Source: an uncultured Gemmatimonadales bacterium (GTDB lineage: Bacteria > Gemmatimonadota > Gemmatimonadetes > Gemmatimonadales > GWC2-71-9). Taken from it: 64,000 bases of DNA. The translations under genes and the position numbers were made by a program. The stretch's first letter is position 1. The number at the start of each line of letters is the position of its first letter. Shown in pieces: positions 39,720 to 49,495 of the stretch. Under the pieces are notes generated by a model. The model worked only from the letters and a program-made list of their open reading frames with translations. It was not told where the DNA came from and searched no databases. Where the stretch lies: assembly GCA_963739455.1 (NCBI GenBank), contig CAVUAK010000003.1, forward strand, positions 1 through 64,000. The letters are read 5' to 3'.

Positions 39720-40088
39720 CTAGCTGATCGGTGGCGGACGCGGCGCCCGCGTGCAGTGGCCGCATTCACTGGGAAGCGAGACCACCGCGCTGCTGCCGCG
39801 GATGAAGAAGACGACCGGTGCACTGACGGCGCCGGCCGGAACTGGGGCCGGCAACACACCTGAACCGGACGAGGTAGATGGGCGCCGCGTCCGTGCAGCC
39901 TTTTCCAGTGGGGCCCTGAGGGTGCGCTCGCTGGCTACCCGGATTTCGCTGGCATGACGAGCACCGGGAGCAAGTGCACTGGCGACAGGTACGCCAGCGA
40001 CCTGCTCCAGCGGCAGCACATGACCATGTGCTGCGCCGAGGAGCGCGGCGAGTGCCGCGCCAAGGAAGCCGTGTATCAGCCGACGCAT
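39720..40088 (-). CDS. Putative exported upstream leader / arrest peptide
   Basis: Signal-peptide-like MRRLIHGFLGAALAALLGAAHG, low-complexity linker, C-terminus ECGHCTRAPRPPPIS-stop. Confidence 0.6.
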   Translation of the reverse strand: MRRLIHGFLGAALAALLGAAHGHVLPLEQVAGVPVASALAPGARHASEIRVASERTLRAPLEKAARTRRPSTSSGSGVLPAPVPAGAVSAPVVFFIRGSSAVVSLPSECGHCTRAPRPPPIS

Positions 40089-40147
40089 CGGGAACCGGAG
40101 CTCATGGAGACAGTATAAACAGCCCCGCCCGTTCTGCCCAAGGCCTG

Positions 40148-41053
40148 TTACCGGACAGGTACGCCCGCCCCACGCTGCTGGAAGAACCGGATGCTCCGGT
40201 TCATCGCCTCCGGCACCGATGATTCATGTCCTCCCTCCACCTGCTCCGCGTTGACGTCCAGTCCCTTGGCGCGCGCCAGCTCCAACAGCGCGCGCGTCGT
40301 CAGGTCCCAGTGCAGTTCCCGCGTCCCGTAATACAACCGCGTGGGTGACTTGAGGCTCGTGGGGTATGCCAGCGGGGAGCGCATCTGGAACTCCCGCGCG
40401 TCGGTCGTGTCGAAGGGAATGATCGACTGCGGAATACCCAGGCGCGCATAGATCACCTGGTCCGGCGACGCCGAGAACGAGGCGATCGCGCGGAATCGCG
40501 ATGTCGTCATCCCGGCGAGCAGTGCCATGGTGCCACCCACGCTGTGCCCCGCCAGGAAAATTCGCTGCGGATCGACGCCGGGCTGTGTCGCGAGGAATTC
40601 CGCCGCGGCGAGCACGTCGGTCACTTCGTCGTAGAACAGCGTGAAGTCGCCGGGGAGGCCATTCTCGCCCCTGAGCATCGGCGTCATCACGATGAATCCT
40701 GCCGCACGATATGGCCACGTCATCTCCCAGTCTTCCGGGCCGAACGCAAACCCGCCATGCAGGAACAGCACCGCAGGTCGCGCACCCGCTGCGGCGACTG
40801 GTTTCGATATCCACGCGCGCAGGGTGCCCGCGCCCGAGGGAAACGCGACGCTATCGGCGCTGGCGTTCAACTCCAGCGTCGGTGGCTTCTGCGGAGCCGG
40901 CCCGCGCTTCACGAGGTGAGTCGTGAACTTTGCGCGCGCCGTCGCATAGTCGCCGCTCTGTGTCTGGACCTCGGGCGGCACCCGTGGGTCCTCCTTGGGT
41001 GCGGCCTGCGCCGCAAGGATGCCACTGCCGGCGAGTGTCATGCAGAGGCTCAT
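40148..41053 (-). CDS. Exported alpha/beta hydrolase (S9 peptidase-like); start uncertain
   Basis: FLHGGF, PMLRGENG, nucleophile GHSVGG, RSPL, GGHES. Confidence 0.85.
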   Translation of the reverse strand: MSLCMTLAGSGILAAQAAPKEDPRVPPEVQTQSGDYATARAKFTTHLVKRGPAPQKPPTLELNASADSVAFPSGAGTLRAWISKPVAAAGARPAVLFLHGGFAFGPEDWEMTWPYRAAGFIVMTPMLRGENGLPGDFTLFYDEVTDVLAAAEFLATQPGVDPQRIFLAGHSVGGTMALLAGMTTSRFRAIASFSASPDQVIYARLGIPQSIIPFDTTDAREFQMRSPLAYPTSLKSPTRLYYGTRELHWDLTTRALLELARAKGLDVNAEQVEGGHESSVPEAMNRSIRFFQQRGAGVPVR

Positions 41054-41140
41054 GCAACTGAGGGAAAGTCGGGAAACCACCTGGCGCTCCGTCGTGAAGG
41101 TGAACATTCACGACCATGATGCCCCGACCCGCTGCGTCGT

Positions 41141-41719
41141 TTACCGCGCGCAGTGCATCGGCGGCGGCCCCAGCTTCCCGTCAATCAGCGCGATGGCGAT
41201 CTCCGCCTGCGCCACTTCATCCCGCGCGCCACGCAGCGTCACCGAAGGCACACCCGGGCTTCCCGCCCTGGCCTCGCTGCCGCGCGACCGGAGATGCGGT
41301 GTCGCCACCTCCGCCGCCGCTTCCGGGGACACACACTGCAGCAACACCGTCGTTGTGTAGGGCGCGTCCGGAAACCCGAGTGCAGCCCTGATGGGCGCGG
41401 TCCGCTCCGACGTCGCCACCACCCAGGCGGCGATGGCGACGGCGCACACAGCAACCCAGCGGCCGCGCCATTGCCGCGATCGTCGTTCGCGCCACGCTGT
41501 CGCCCGGGCCATCGTCGTCTCCGCCAGTGCCATCGGTTCGGAGAGCGGTGACCACCCATCGAACAGCTCCGCCGTCGCGGTCGTCGCCGTCCTCACCGCT
41601 GCGACGTCTTCGGCGCAACGGGGGCAGCCCTTCACGTGGTCCGCGATCGTCGCGTCGGATTCAAGCGCGCCGGGTTCGCGCATCAGCACCGCGGCGCGCA
41701 CCTCCTGGCAGGAGCTCAT
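41141..41719 (-). CDS. Anti-sigma factor (zf-HC2, one TM, secretin-N-like C-terminal domain)
   Basis: HVKGCPRC zinc motif, TM WVAVCAVAIAAWVVA, ATGA overlap with the sigma gene. Confidence 0.78.
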   Translation of the reverse strand: MSSCQEVRAAVLMREPGALESDATIADHVKGCPRCAEDVAAVRTATTATAELFDGWSPLSEPMALAETTMARATAWRERRSRQWRGRWVAVCAVAIAAWVVATSERTAPIRAALGFPDAPYTTTVLLQCVSPEAAAEVATPHLRSRGSEARAGSPGVPSVTLRGARDEVAQAEIAIALIDGKLGPPPMHCAR

Positions 41720-42297
41720 CTGCCCTCCACAGCAGGCAGCGGCGGGAGCAGCGCGGCGCGCACCGCAGCCCGTGCCTTGAACAGGTTACCCCTGATGGTC
41801 GATGGATTGGCGCCGGTGAGCTCGGCCACCTCGGCCGGTGTGTACCCCTGCAGGTCCACCAGGTCGAACATCTCCCGCTGTCGTGGTGGAAGGATGTCGA
41901 GACTTGCGAGCACCAGCTCCACCAGTCGCTCGCGATCGACCCGCGCGCCCGGGTCGGTGAGGTAGGCCAGCAGCTCGCGTCGCGATTCATGCAGCGCCGC
42001 GAGCCGCGCACGCCGCCGCCCGGTGCGCTGTCGCTGGTTGGCCACTCGGCGCGTGATCTGGTACAGCCATCCGTCGAACGACGATGCCCCGCCGTACTGG
42101 TGCAGCCGCTGGTACATCAGCACGAAGCTGTCCTGCGCCACGTCGTCCGCTTCGTCCGGGTCCGCGGTAAAGCCGAGGGCCCACCGGTACACCCGCGCCT
42201 GGAGCACGGCAATGAGGGCGGCGAGCGACTCGCTGTCGCCCCCAGTGGCCGCCTCGATCATGGGGGCCAGGTCGCGGGGAGGGGTGGTGACGTTCAT
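41716..42297 (-). CDS. ECF RNA polymerase sigma factor
   Basis: ADDVAQDSF, FDGWLYQI, LPPRQREMF, AEVAE, TIRGNLFKAR. Confidence 0.93.
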   Translation of the reverse strand: MNVTTPPRDLAPMIEAATGGDSESLAALIAVLQARVYRWALGFTADPDEADDVAQDSFVLMYQRLHQYGGASSFDGWLYQITRRVANQRQRTGRRRARLAALHESRRELLAYLTDPGARVDRERLVELVLASLDILPPRQREMFDLVDLQGYTPAEVAELTGANPSTIRGNLFKARAAVRAALLPPLPAVEGR

Positions 42298-42340
42298 TGC
42301 CCTCAGGATGTCACCAGGAATGCACCCGTTTACCGCCCCG

Positions 42341-42700
42341 CTAGTACGACACCATGGTCGTGAAGCCGCCGTATGCCATCCGCTTCGGGTCGAACGGCAT
42401 GTCGGCGGGATCCATCATCTCCGCCAGCCGCGGGTCTTCCATGACCTTCTTCATGATCCGGTTGCGCTGGCTCTTCGACTTGTACGTGATCCAGGAGAAC
42501 ACCACCACCTCGTTCGGCTTCTGCTTGATCAGCTTGGGGAAGGGAATCCCGAAGTTCACCTTGAGGTTCTCGCCCACGCACTCCCGGTACTGGAGCGCGC
42601 CGTACTCCAGCCAGATCTTCCCCGCCTTCTGCGCCAGCTTCTTGTAGTCCTTGAGCTTGCGCCGCGGCACCGCCATCACGAAACCATCGACGTATTGCAC
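42341..42700 (-). CDS. DUF1428 family protein
   Basis: YVDGFVMAVP, EVVVFSWI, MPFDPKRMAYGGF; GTG 42700 after GGAGGA. Confidence 0.92.
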   Translation of the reverse strand: MQYVDGFVMAVPRRKLKDYKKLAQKAGKIWLEYGALQYRECVGENLKVNFGIPFPKLIKQKPNEVVVFSWITYKSKSQRNRIMKKVMEDPRLAEMMDPADMPFDPKRMAYGGFTTMVSY

Positions 42701-42821
42701 GAGTTCCTCCACACGTTGGGTGTATCACAAATACAGCCCGTCACCGCCCCAGGTTGCAAGCCACGACCTAACAACGGGGCCTTCCGGGCGTCTTCCTGGC
42801 AACTCACTTGGAGACAACCAG

Positions 42822-43511
42822 ATGCGCGCCCCGACTGCCCTGATCATGGCCCTGCTGGCCAGTGCCACCAGCCTGCCCGCCCAGCAGCACATGCACGAAG
42901 CCGGGCCTGCAGCGGACGGGCACGACGCCTCGCCCCACATGCGCGTCTCGCCCGCGCGCACTCCCACCGCCGCCGATTCTGCCCGCGGCGACAGTCTCGT
43001 GCGCGTCGCGCGCCAGGCGGTGAGCCGCTACCAGTCGGTCGAGGCAGCGGAGCACGACGGCTACAAGGTGCGAATGGAGAAGATGAAGCAGGGGAAGGTG
43101 CTCCACTACACCAGCATCGCCAATGGGCTCAAGGCACGCACCGAGTGGAACCCGGCGCTCCCCACCTCGCTGCTGTACCAGCGCACCGCAGGCGGACAGC
43201 TTCAGCTCATCGGCGTCATGTACACCGTCCCCGCCAGCGCCACGCTCGATGAACTCGACGCCCGCGTTCCGCTCGGCCTGGTGCAGTGGCACCTGCACAC
43301 CAACATCTGCATGCCGAAGGGCGCTGACGCGCGCCAGTCCGCCGATTTCGTCGGTCGCAATGCGAAGTTCGGCCCCCGCGGCAGCATCACCACGGAAGAG
43401 GCGTGCGCCCAGGCCGGCGGTCGCTTCAGGGCCCAGTCATTTGGCTGGATGGTTCATGTCAACGTCATGACCAATGACCCCTGGGCTCCGGGCCAGAAGC
43501 ACATGCACTAG
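42822..43511 (+). CDS. Hypothetical exported protein with conserved-looking His/Met/Cys motifs
   Basis: Signal peptide, PTSLLY, LIGVMY, WHLHTNIC, GWMVHV. Confidence 0.8.
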   Translation: MRAPTALIMALLASATSLPAQQHMHEAGPAADGHDASPHMRVSPARTPTAADSARGDSLVRVARQAVSRYQSVEAAEHDGYKVRMEKMKQGKVLHYTSIANGLKARTEWNPALPTSLLYQRTAGGQLQLIGVMYTVPASATLDELDARVPLGLVQWHLHTNICMPKGADARQSADFVGRNAKFGPRGSITTEEACAQAGGRFRAQSFGWMVHVNVMTNDPWAPGQKHMH

Positions 43512-43523
43512 GAAGCAAAGCGT

Positions 43524-43560
43524 CCTGACGCCTGACGCCTGACGCCTGACGCCTAACGCC
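43524..43560. repeat. Heptamer tandem repeat (CCTGACG)x4 plus one variant
   Basis: Four perfect units then CCTAACG, 12 bp after a stop codon. Confidence 0.85.
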
Positions 43561-43618
43561 TCTTACCAATCGCCTTTCCGGCCCGTACGTTGACCCTTCC
43601 CCCAGTAGAGGATCGGTC

Positions 43619-43939
43619 ATGCCGATGTACTTGTGGCGGGCGTCATACGCCGCCGATGGTGCCAAGGGCCTGCTCATGGATGGCGGCACCAAGCGCCGCG
43701 ATGCAGTCAAGGCGATGCTCGAGAAGGCGGGCGGGAAGCTCCACTCCTTTCATTTCGCGCTCGGAACCGATGACGTCATCGGCATCGCCGAGTTCCCCGA
43801 CACCGCCACGGCGGCAGCGACCAGCCTTGTCGTGAACGCGAGCGGCGCCGTCCACCTCCATTCCACCCTGCTCATCTCACCCGAGGAACTCGACGCTGCC
43901 ACCAAGAAGGCCATCGCCTACACGCCCCCCGGCGCATAG
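43619..43939 (+). CDS. GYD domain protein
   Basis: YLWRASYAADGAKG, AGGKL..FHFALGTDD, YTPPG. Confidence 0.88.
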   Translation: MPMYLWRASYAADGAKGLLMDGGTKRRDAVKAMLEKAGGKLHSFHFALGTDDVIGIAEFPDTATAAATSLVVNASGAVHLHSTLLISPEELDAATKKAIAYTPPGA

Positions 43940-43948
43940 GTCATCCTG

Positions 43949-44329
43949 GTGACTCGCACCGAGAAGGTCATTGCCTTTTCCGCCGGGGTGGAGGCCGTCA
44001 CCGGTCTGGCACTCATCGCGGTGCCCCTGTTCGTCGCCCGCGCCTTGCTCGGTGCCGACCTCCCGCCCGCCGGGCCCGTCGTGGCCCGCTGCTTCGGCGT
44101 GGCGCTCATCGCGCTCGCCTTGGCGGTCTGGCCCGACCGCGATCGCGTCACCGGCGCGCCCGCCCTCCGTGCCATGCTGCTCTACAATGCGGGGCTCGCG
44201 GGGTATCTCACCTGGCTCGGCGTTCGATGGCACCTGGGTGGGATACTCCTCTGGCCGGCGGCGGTACTACATGCTGCGGTCGCCGTCCTCCTTGCCTTGC
44301 CCCTGCTTGGCGTAAAGGACGAGGCCTGA
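43949..44329 (+). CDS. Hypothetical membrane protein
   Basis: EAVTGLALI, MLLYN, GILLWPAAVLH. Confidence 0.75.
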   Translation: MTRTEKVIAFSAGVEAVTGLALIAVPLFVARALLGADLPPAGPVVARCFGVALIALALAVWPDRDRVTGAPALRAMLLYNAGLAGYLTWLGVRWHLGGILLWPAAVLHAAVAVLLALPLLGVKDEA

Positions 44330-44335
44330 CGGCCA

Positions 44336-44371
44336 CCCGCCCTCCCCGCCCTCCCCGCCATCCCCGCCTTG
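44336..44371. repeat. Nonamer tandem repeat CCCGCCCTC-like x4
   Basis: CCCGCCCTC CCCGCCCTC CCCGCCATC CCCGCCTTG. Confidence 0.7.
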
Positions 44372-44397
44372 ACTTACTTGAACGACCGTTCAATATT
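44369..44397 (+). promoter_or_regulatory. Sigma70-like promoter with overlapping palindromic TetR operator
   Basis: TTGACT (44369) - 17 bp - AATATT; palindrome TTGAACG-AC-CGTTCAA at 44378-44393. Confidence 0.65.
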
Positions 44398-44448
44398 CGC
44401 CCCTAAGTCACTTGGGGAATACAGTTACACGGTCGTTACAGCCTGAGC

Positions 44449-45129
44449 ATGGATTCAGCTTCAGCAGCACTGCCTCACCCGATCCTCGAAGAAGCCGCCA
44501 GCCAGTCCCGCGGCGACCTCCGCAGGCGCGAGATCCTCGACGCCGCCTTTTTCGTTTTCGGCAAGCTCGGCTACGAGCGCGCGACCCTCAACGACGTCGC
44601 CCGTGCCATCAAGGTCAGCGCCGGAACGATCTGCCATCACTTCGGCACCAAGAACGACCTCTTTGAGGCCGTCATCGCCGATCGGTTTCTTCGCTTCCAG
44701 GCCGAGGTCGAGTCGCTTCTCGTGGCCCACAAGGGCACCTACCTCGAGCTCCTCCACACCATCGTCGGTCGCTTCTGGGATCATCTCTGGGAGCCCGGCC
44801 AGCTCGATTTCATGCTCGTGAGCCAGGTCGAGGCGCCCCAGTTTCCCGACTCCGGTCGCCTCCAGTTCCAGCAGACCTGCTGCCGCTCCCGCAACGTCCT
44901 CACGGCCATCCTCGAGGCCGGCATGGAGGCGGGCGAGTTCCGCGCAATGGACGTGAACTGCGTCACCCGCACCATTGCGCCGGCCATGATCGGCATCGCG
45001 GCCAACCAGCACCGCTTTGCCTGCTACGATAGCGCGCCCGTCAGTCGCGACCAGCTTCGCCGCACGATCCTCGAGGTCGTGGATCGCGCGGTTCTGCCAT
45101 TCGCTCCACCTCCCAACCCTTCGAGCTGA
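44449..45129 (+). CDS. TetR/AcrR family regulator
   Basis: RRREILDAA, GYERATLNDVA, HFGTKNDLF. Confidence 0.92.
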   Translation: MDSASAALPHPILEEAASQSRGDLRRREILDAAFFVFGKLGYERATLNDVARAIKVSAGTICHHFGTKNDLFEAVIADRFLRFQAEVESLLVAHKGTYLELLHTIVGRFWDHLWEPGQLDFMLVSQVEAPQFPDSGRLQFQQTCCRSRNVLTAILEAGMEAGEFRAMDVNCVTRTIAPAMIGIAANQHRFACYDSAPVSRDQLRRTILEVVDRAVLPFAPPPNPSS

Positions 45130-45137
45130 GGTTTTTC

Positions 45138-46307
45138 ATGCAGGGCTTCAATCAACGCGCGGCCAGCGCGGCAGCAGTTGCGTTCCTGCTGGCAGCGTGC
45201 AGCCCGCCGGCGCCGTCGGCGCCGCCACCGCCAGCCGTCACCGCGGCCCCCGCCATCGGGCGCACCGTGAATGAATGGGATGAGTTCACCGGCCGCATCG
45301 AGGCGGTGGACTATGTCGAGGTACGGCCCCGCGTCTCCGGCTTCATCGAGAAGGTGGCGTTCACCGAGGGGAAGGAAGTGCGCCAGGGTGACGTGCTCTT
45401 CGTCATCGACCAGCGGACGTACAAGGACGCCCTCGATCGCGCCCAGGCCGAGCTGACGCGCGCGAAGTCGCAGGCGCAGCTGGCCCACAGCGTGGCCGAC
45501 CACGCCCAGGCCCTCATTGCCGAGAACGCCGTGTCCCGCGAGGAGTACGATGCGCGCGTCAGCGGCACCGCGGAGGCCGATGCCGCCATGCAGGGCGCTG
45601 AGGCCGCGGTGCGCACCGCGAAGCTCAACCTCGACTGGACCCTGGTGCGCGCGCCGATCAGCGGCCGCATCAGCCGCGCCGAGGTCACCGCCGGCAACGT
45701 GGTGCAGGGCGGGGCACCCACGCCAACGCTGCTCACCACCATCGTCTCGCTCGACCCCGTCTACGTCTATTTCGAGGGCGACGAGCAGGCATACCTGCGC
45801 TACAACCAGCTGGCCCGTGACGGCACCCGTGGCAGCTCGCGCAACGTGAAGAACCCGGTGCGCATGGGCCTCGCCAACGAGACCGGCTTCCCGCACACCG
45901 GGTACGTCGACTTCGTCGACAACCAGCTCAACCCGAACACCGGCACCATCCGGGCCCGCGCCGTGTTCAGCAACAAGGATCGCTTCTTCACCCCCGGGCT
46001 CTTTGCCCGCATCCAGTTGCTGGGTAGCGGCAAGTTCGACGCGGTGCTGGTGCAGGATGGCGCCATCGGCACCGACCAGGATCGCAAGTTCGTCTACGTG
46101 CTCAAGGCCGACAGCACCGTCGACTACCGCAGCGTCGAGCTCGGCCGCATCGTCGATGGCCTCCGCGTCATCCGGAAGGGCATCGTTCCCGGCGACGAGG
46201 TCGTCATCAACGGCCTGCAGCGCATCAGGCCCGGGATGAAGGTCAACGCGACCATCACCACCATGGAACCGTCCGACTCCGGGCAGACTGCGCAGCGAGG
46301 CTCGTAA
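45138..46307 (+). CDS. RND efflux periplasmic adaptor (MexE/OqxA-like)
   Basis: LLAAC lipobox, VEVRPRVSG, VRAPISGRIS, TGTIRARA, IGTDQDRKFV. Confidence 0.93.
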   Translation: MQGFNQRAASAAAVAFLLAACSPPAPSAPPPPAVTAAPAIGRTVNEWDEFTGRIEAVDYVEVRPRVSGFIEKVAFTEGKEVRQGDVLFVIDQRTYKDALDRAQAELTRAKSQAQLAHSVADHAQALIAENAVSREEYDARVSGTAEADAAMQGAEAAVRTAKLNLDWTLVRAPISGRISRAEVTAGNVVQGGAPTPTLLTTIVSLDPVYVYFEGDEQAYLRYNQLARDGTRGSSRNVKNPVRMGLANETGFPHTGYVDFVDNQLNPNTGTIRARAVFSNKDRFFTPGLFARIQLLGSGKFDAVLVQDGAIGTDQDRKFVYVLKADSTVDYRSVELGRIVDGLRVIRKGIVPGDEVVINGLQRIRPGMKVNATITTMEPSDSGQTAQRGS

Positions 46308-49300
46308 TGAAGTTCTCGAGGTTCTTCATCGATCGGCCGATCTTCGCGGCCGTGCTGTCCATCGTGATCCTGCTCGCGGGCATCATCTCGATGCGCTCGC
46401 TCCCGATCTCGGAGTATCCCGACGTGGTCCCGCCGTCGGTGGTCGTGACGGCCATCTATCCCGGCGCCAATCCGAGGGTCATCGCCGAGACCGTGGCCAC
46501 GCCGCTCGAGGAAGTGGTGAACGGCGTCGACAACATGCTGTACATGTCGTCGCAGGCCACCGCCGACGGCCTGCTCAACCTCACCGTCACCTTCAAGATC
46601 GGCACCGACGTCGACCTGGCGCAGGTGCAGGTGCAGAACCGCGTCAGCCAGGCGCTGCCCCGGCTTCCCGAGGAAGTGCGGCAGATCGGCGTCAGCACCG
46701 TCAAGAGCTCGCCCAACCTCACGATGGTGGTGCACATCGTGTCGCCCGACGGGCGCTATGACGAGCTGTACCTGCGCAACTACGCCGTGCTCCAGGTCAA
46801 GGATCGCCTGGCCCGCATTCCCGGCGTGGGACAGATCAACGTCTTCGGCGGCGGCGACTACGCCATGCGCATCTGGCTCGACCCGCAGCAGATCGCGTCC
46901 CGCGGCCTCACCGCCGGCGACGTCGTCGCTGCCATCCGCGAGCAGAACGTCCAGGTCGCGGCCGGTGTCGTGGGCGGGTCGCCCATGCCCGACAAGATCG
47001 CCTACCAGCTGAGCGTCAACGCGCGCGGCCGCCTCACCAACGAGGAGGAGTTCGGCCAGATCGTCCTCAAGACCGGCAAGAATGGCGAGCTCACCCGGCT
47101 CAAGGACGTGGCCCGCATCGAGCTCGCGGCCGGCAGCTACTCGCTCCGGTCGAGCCTCGACAACAAGCCCGCCGTCGGCATCGGCATCTTCCAGGCGCCG
47201 GGGTCGAATGCCCTCCAGCTCTCCACCGACGTGCGCGCCACCATGGCGGAGATCAAGAAGACGATTCCCGAGGGCGTCGACTTCAGCGTGGTCTACGATC
47301 CCGACCAAGTTCGTGCAGCGAGTCGATCAACGAGGTCATCAAGACGCTCTTCGAGGCCACGCTGCTCGTCGTCATCGTCGTGGTGCTCTTCCTCCAGACC
47401 TGGCGCGCGTCGATCATCCCGCTGGTCGCGGTGCCGATCTCGATCGTCGGCACCTTCGCCGTGCTGAAGATGTTCGGGTTCTCCATCAATACGCTGTCGC
47501 TCTTCGGGCTGGTGCTGGCCATCGGCATCGTGGTGGACGACGCCATCGTCGTCGTCGAGAACGTGGAGCGGAACATCGAGGATGGCTTGTCGCCGCTCGA
47601 GGCGGCGCACACCGCCATGGACGAGGTCAGCGGGCCGATCATCGCCATCGCGCTGGTGCTCTGCGCGGTGTTCGTTCCCATTGCCTTCATCAGCGGCCTC
47701 ACCGGCCAGTTCTATCGCCAGTTCGCCCTGACGATCGCCTTCTCCACGCTCATCTCGGCGTTCAACTCGCTGACGCTGTCACCGGCGCTCGCCGCGATCC
47801 TGCTCAAGCCCCACGGCGCGCCACCCGACCGGCTCACCGTGATCATCGATCGCTTGTTCGGCTGGATCTTCCGGCCCTTCAACCGGGTCTTCAAGCGCGG
47901 CTCCGAGCGGTACCGGAACGTGGTGAAGGGCGCCATCGCCCGCTCACCGCTGGCGCTCGGCGTCTACGCGCTGCTGCTCGTCGCCACCGTCCTCATGTTC
48001 CGGGCGGTGCCTGACGGCTTCGTGCCGACCCAGGACAAGCAGTATCTCATCGCCTTCGCCCAGCTCCCCGATGCCGCAACCCTGGATCGCACCGACGCCG
48101 TGATCCACGAGATGGCGCGCATCGGCCTGGAGCAGGAAGGCGTGCAGGCCGCGGTCGCCTTCACCGGCCTCTCCATCAACGGCTTCGTGAACGCGTCGAA
48201 CGGTGGCATCGTGTTCTTCCCGCTCAAGCCCTTCGAGGAGCGGAAGCGAAAGGACCTGTCGGGCATGGCGCTGGCCGGCGCCCTCAATGCCAAGTTCAGC
48301 GGCATTCAGGGTGCCTTCGTCGCCGTCTTCCCGCCGCCCCCGGTGGCCGGCATCGGTGCACTCGGCGGGTTCAAGGTGGAAATCGAGGACCGGGCCGGGC
48401 TCGGTGAGGAAGAGCTCTACAAGGCCACCCAGGCCGCCATCGGCAAGGCGTACCAGAACCCGAAGCTGGCCGGGATCTTCAGCGGCTTCCAGATCAACGT
48501 GCCGCAGCTCGTCGTCGATGTCGACCGCGACAAGGTGAAGCAGCAGGGCATCCGCCTCACCGACGTCTTCCAGACGATGCAGATCTTCCTGGGGTCGCTG
48601 TACATCAACGACTTCAACAAGTTCGGCCGCACCTACCAGGTCATTGCCCAGGCCGACGCGCCGTTCCGCTCCACCGCCGAGGGCATCAAGCTCCTCAAGG
48701 TGCGCAACGCCGCAGGGGAGATGGTCCCGCTCGGCGCGATCGTGCAGGTGAAGGAGACCTACGGGCCTGACCGTGTGCTCCGGTACAACGCCTATCCATC
48801 GGCCGACATCAACGGCGGTGCGGCGCCCGGGGTGAGCTCGGGTGAGGCCCGGGCCATCATGGAGAAGATCCTGCAGGAGACGCTGCCCGAACGGCTTCGG
48901 CTACGAGTGGACCGAGCTCACCTACCAGGAAATCCTGGCCGGCAATACCGCGGTGCTCATCTTCCCGCTCTGTGTGCTGCTGGCCTTCCTCGTGCTCGCA
49001 GCGCAGTACGAGAGCTGGAGCATGCCGCTCGCGGTCATCCTCATCGTGCCGATGTGCATTCTCTGCGCGCTCATCGGCGTGTGGCTCACCAAGGGTGACA
49101 CCAACGTCTTCACCCAGGTCGGCCTGGTGGTGCTCGTGGGCCTCGCCTGCAAGAACGCCATCCTCATCGTGGAGTTCGCGCGAGAAGCGCAGATGAAGGG
49201 TGCCACCGCCGTCGACGCGGCACTCGAGGCCTGCCGCCTCCGGCTCCGCCCGATCCTCATGACCTCGTTCGCCTTCATCATGGGCGTGGTCCCGCTGGTC

Positions 49301-49495
49301 ATCTCGAGGGGTGCCGGCGCGGAGATGCGTCACGCCATGGGCGTGGCGGTGTTCTCCGGCATGCTTGGCGTCACCTTCTTCGGCCTGATCCTCACCCCGG
49401 TGTTCTACGTGACGATCCAGAAGCTTGTGGAGCGCCGCAGCAAGGCCGCCGATCCGATCATCACGACGGCGCACCAGGGAGATGTGCATGCGTAA
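46307..49495 (+). CDS. HAE1 RND efflux permease (MexF/OqxB-like); indels near 47301, 47319 and 48887
   Basis: FFIDRPIFA, AIGIVVDDAIVVVENVER, KNAILIVEFA and RLRPILMTS across three consecutive ORFs. Confidence 0.93.

Noticed and set aside
46307..49495. Programmed frameshifting or a naturally split RND permease
   Set aside because: No slippery heptamer was seen. Breaks are single extra bases, mostly in short C runs, matching the error pattern elsewhere.
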